DNA of 64,000 nt from Bdellovibrionales bacterium (GTDB taxonomy: Bacteria; Bdellovibrionota; Bdellovibrionia; Bdellovibrionales; CAYMLA01): assembly GCA_965217115.1 (NCBI GenBank), contig OZ244239.1:992001-1056000 (forward strand), written 5' to 3'. The position numbers and the translations under genes are program-made. The notes under the pieces were generated by a model, which ran no database searches, had not been told where the DNA came from, and saw only the letters and a program-made list of their open reading frames with translations. Below, piece by piece: positions 62,326-64,000 of the stretch (within the stretch, counting starts at the first letter, position 1; each line of letters opens with the position of its first letter).

Positions 62326-62352
62326 GATGTTCTATAGCAGGTGGTATGACAA

Positions 62353-64000
62353 GTGGGCAATAAACATCAGCCTTTTGGCAAATACATTTTACTAGAAAAA
62401 CTCGCCTCTGGTGGAATGGCAGAGGTCTATCTTGCCAAATCCTCTGGTATCGATGGCATTGGGAAATTCTTCGCTATTAAGAAAATACTTCCTCAATTCT
62501 CTAGCAACACCTCTTTTATTAATATGTTCAAGGATGAAGCCAAAATCACGGTCAACCTCAGCCATGGCAATATCGCACCCATATTCGAGTTCGGTGTTGA
62601 ACAAGGCCAGTTTTATCTTGTGATGGAATTCATAGAAGGCCGTAACCTTAGACAATTCCTCAACTTTATGGAGAAAGAGTCTAAGACATTCTATCTCGAA
62701 CAAGTTGTCTTCATGTGCAAAGAAGTCTCCAAAGGACTTGATCACGCTCACCGCTGTTTAGATGGCACAACTGGAAAACCTCTCAATATTATTCATCGAG
62801 ACGTTGGTCCACAAAATATTATGCTCAGTTTCGAAGGGGAATTGAAACTTATCGACTTTGGTATTGCTAAAGCTGAAAGTCAAATCGATACAACCCGTGC
62901 TGGCACATTAAAGGGAAAATTTAGCTACATGAGTCCCGAGCAAGCCGAGGGCCTTCCCATTGATTTACGCACTGATATTTTTTCTTTAGGAATTTTTATG
63001 TGGGAAATGCTCGCCAATAGTCGGCTTTTTCAAACAGACAACGAGATAAATACTCTCAGAAAAATTAGAGATTGCCAAATCCCGTCATTAAAAAAAATCA
63101 ACCCTTCCATCCCTGCCGAACTCGAACGTATCGTAAATAAATCTCTAGCTAAAGATCGCAATCTACGCTATCAAACATGTGCTGCTCTTAACAGAGATCT
63201 CAGTCGTTTTCTCAACACAAACTATCCTGAGTTTTCCACACAAGATTTCAGTCTTTTTATAAAGACTTTATACTCAAAAGCTATTGCGCAAAATCGACAA
63301 AAAATGATGGCCTATGCAAAAATCAATATCTCTGATCTCTCTACGACAGAGGACACATTATCACTTGAAGATAGCTCTTATCCCCCTAAGAAAAAGCTTC
63401 CTGATAATCTTTTAAAGCAGTTCACTGCATCTAATTTCAAACTTTCTCCCTTGCGTGAAAACAATGATGTCCTTCCAGAAGTCACTTTTTCTAAGCCTGA
63501 CAAGAATACACCTCCAATTGTCGATACTTCTTCTTCTCATTCTTCTAATTCTTCTCATTCTTCTCATTCTTCTCATTCTTCTTATTCTTCTCATTCTTCT
63601 CATTCTTCTTATCCTCAAAATACAACCAAAAAAGCTAATACAAGAAGAGTCTTACGATGGGCAATGCTGGGGAAAATTGCATCTTCCTTGGTCGTTGTCA
63701 CTACCGCTACTGTCTTACTAATTCCATATTTTCTCTCTAAAAAGAGCAAAATATTTATAGTAGATGTTCCAAAAAAACAGCATCTCGAACAAGCCAGTGA
63801 AGAAAATAAAATAATACCTTCTAAAGACTTTTCTCTTGTCATAAGAACGACTCCACCTGGAGCACATATTTTTATCAACGGCAAAGCCACTTCTATTATG
63901 ACTCCTGGGAAAATTCGTTACCAAGCTAATAAACCATTCTCCATCTCCCTCATAAAAAGTGGCTACTCTTCTTATGAACGCCACTTTTCTCTTAATGCAA
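62353..64000 (+). CDS. Hanks-type Ser/Thr protein kinase with TM helix and PEGA domain (3' partial; absent from the ORF track)
   Basis: manual translation from GTG 62353: LASGGMAEVY, FAIKK, HRDVGPQN, DFGIAK, GKFSYMSPE; TM at about 63660-63735; PEGA-like TTPPGAHIFING; no stop seen before the window end. Confidence 0.92.
   Translation, partial: MGNKHQPFGKYILLEKLASGGMAEVYLAKSSGIDGIGKFFAIKKILPQFSSNTSFINMFKDEAKITVNLSHGNIAPIFEFGVEQGQFYLVMEFIEGRNLRQFLNFMEKESKTFYLEQVVFMCKEVSKGLDHAHRCLDGTTGKPLNIIHRDVGPQNIMLSFEGELKLIDFGIAKAESQIDTTRAGTLKGKFSYMSPEQAEGLPIDLRTDIFSLGIFMWEMLANSRLFQTDNEINTLRKIRDCQIPSLKKINPSIPAELERIVNKSLAKDRNLRYQTCAALNRDLSRFLNTNYPEFSTQDFSLFIKTLYSKAIAQNRQKMMAYAKINISDLSTTEDTLSLEDSSYPPKKKLPDNLLKQFTASNFKLSPLRENNDVLPEVTFSKPDKNTPPIVDTSSSHSSNSSHSSHSSHSSYSSHSSHSSYPQNTTKKANTRRVLRWAMLGKIASSLVVVTTATVLLIPYFLSKKSKIFIVDVPKKQHLEQASEENKIIPSKDFSLVIRTTPPGAHIFINGKATSIMTPGKIRYQANKPFSISLIKSGYSSYERHFSLNA
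63532..63612 (+). repeat. in-frame (TCTTCT[C/A/T]AT)x9 repeat encoding SSH/SSN/SSY
   Basis: directly visible in the kinase linker. Confidence 0.92.

Noticed and set aside
63412..63984. Arg-rich and Leu/Ile-rich short ORFs
   Set aside because: Shadows of the kinase gene and its SSH repeat

Overview
AT-rich, gene-dense bacterial chromosomal window. Gene content and the MKK..SSFA-type signal peptides suggest a Bdellovibrionota-like predatory lineage (inference). Most of it is core genome: trmB, leuS, speA/speB, dksA, ahpC, guaD, ribD, hppD, a PIF1 helicase, a panG-panB-panC-coaBC-coaX-panD operon, lysC, recA/cinA/pgpA, recX-alaS-mutY, dinB, a DEAD-box helicase, pcnB, tatA, tkt, coaE, and a Ser/Thr kinase that is missing from the ORF track and runs off the end. 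I found no rRNA, tRNA, CRISPR array or intact transposase. The most notable items are: (1) a single hairpin with two bulged A residues in the pan operon leader, matching the pan RNA motif; (2) a ~760-bp non-coding element bounded by 21-bp inverted repeats, containing microsatellites and five copies of a three-hairpin unit, fused onto the 3' end of panD and followed by a ~130-nt foldback; (3) next to it, a five-gene partner-switching operon (anti-sigma kinase, REC-PP2C, periplasmic binding protein, sensor kinase, STAS) with no sigma factor; (4) a GC-rich structured segment at 18.4-18.6 kb with a sequestered RBS and a 23-aa ORF, beside a secreted-protein islet and an N/G/Y-repeat lipoprotein; (5) divergent enzymes: a SelO-like protein, an ATP-grasp protein coupled to AhpC, an AlaDH-family protein with an internal duplication, and a secreted protein-glutaminase-like protein. 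All calls come from reading motifs by eye; no searches were run.
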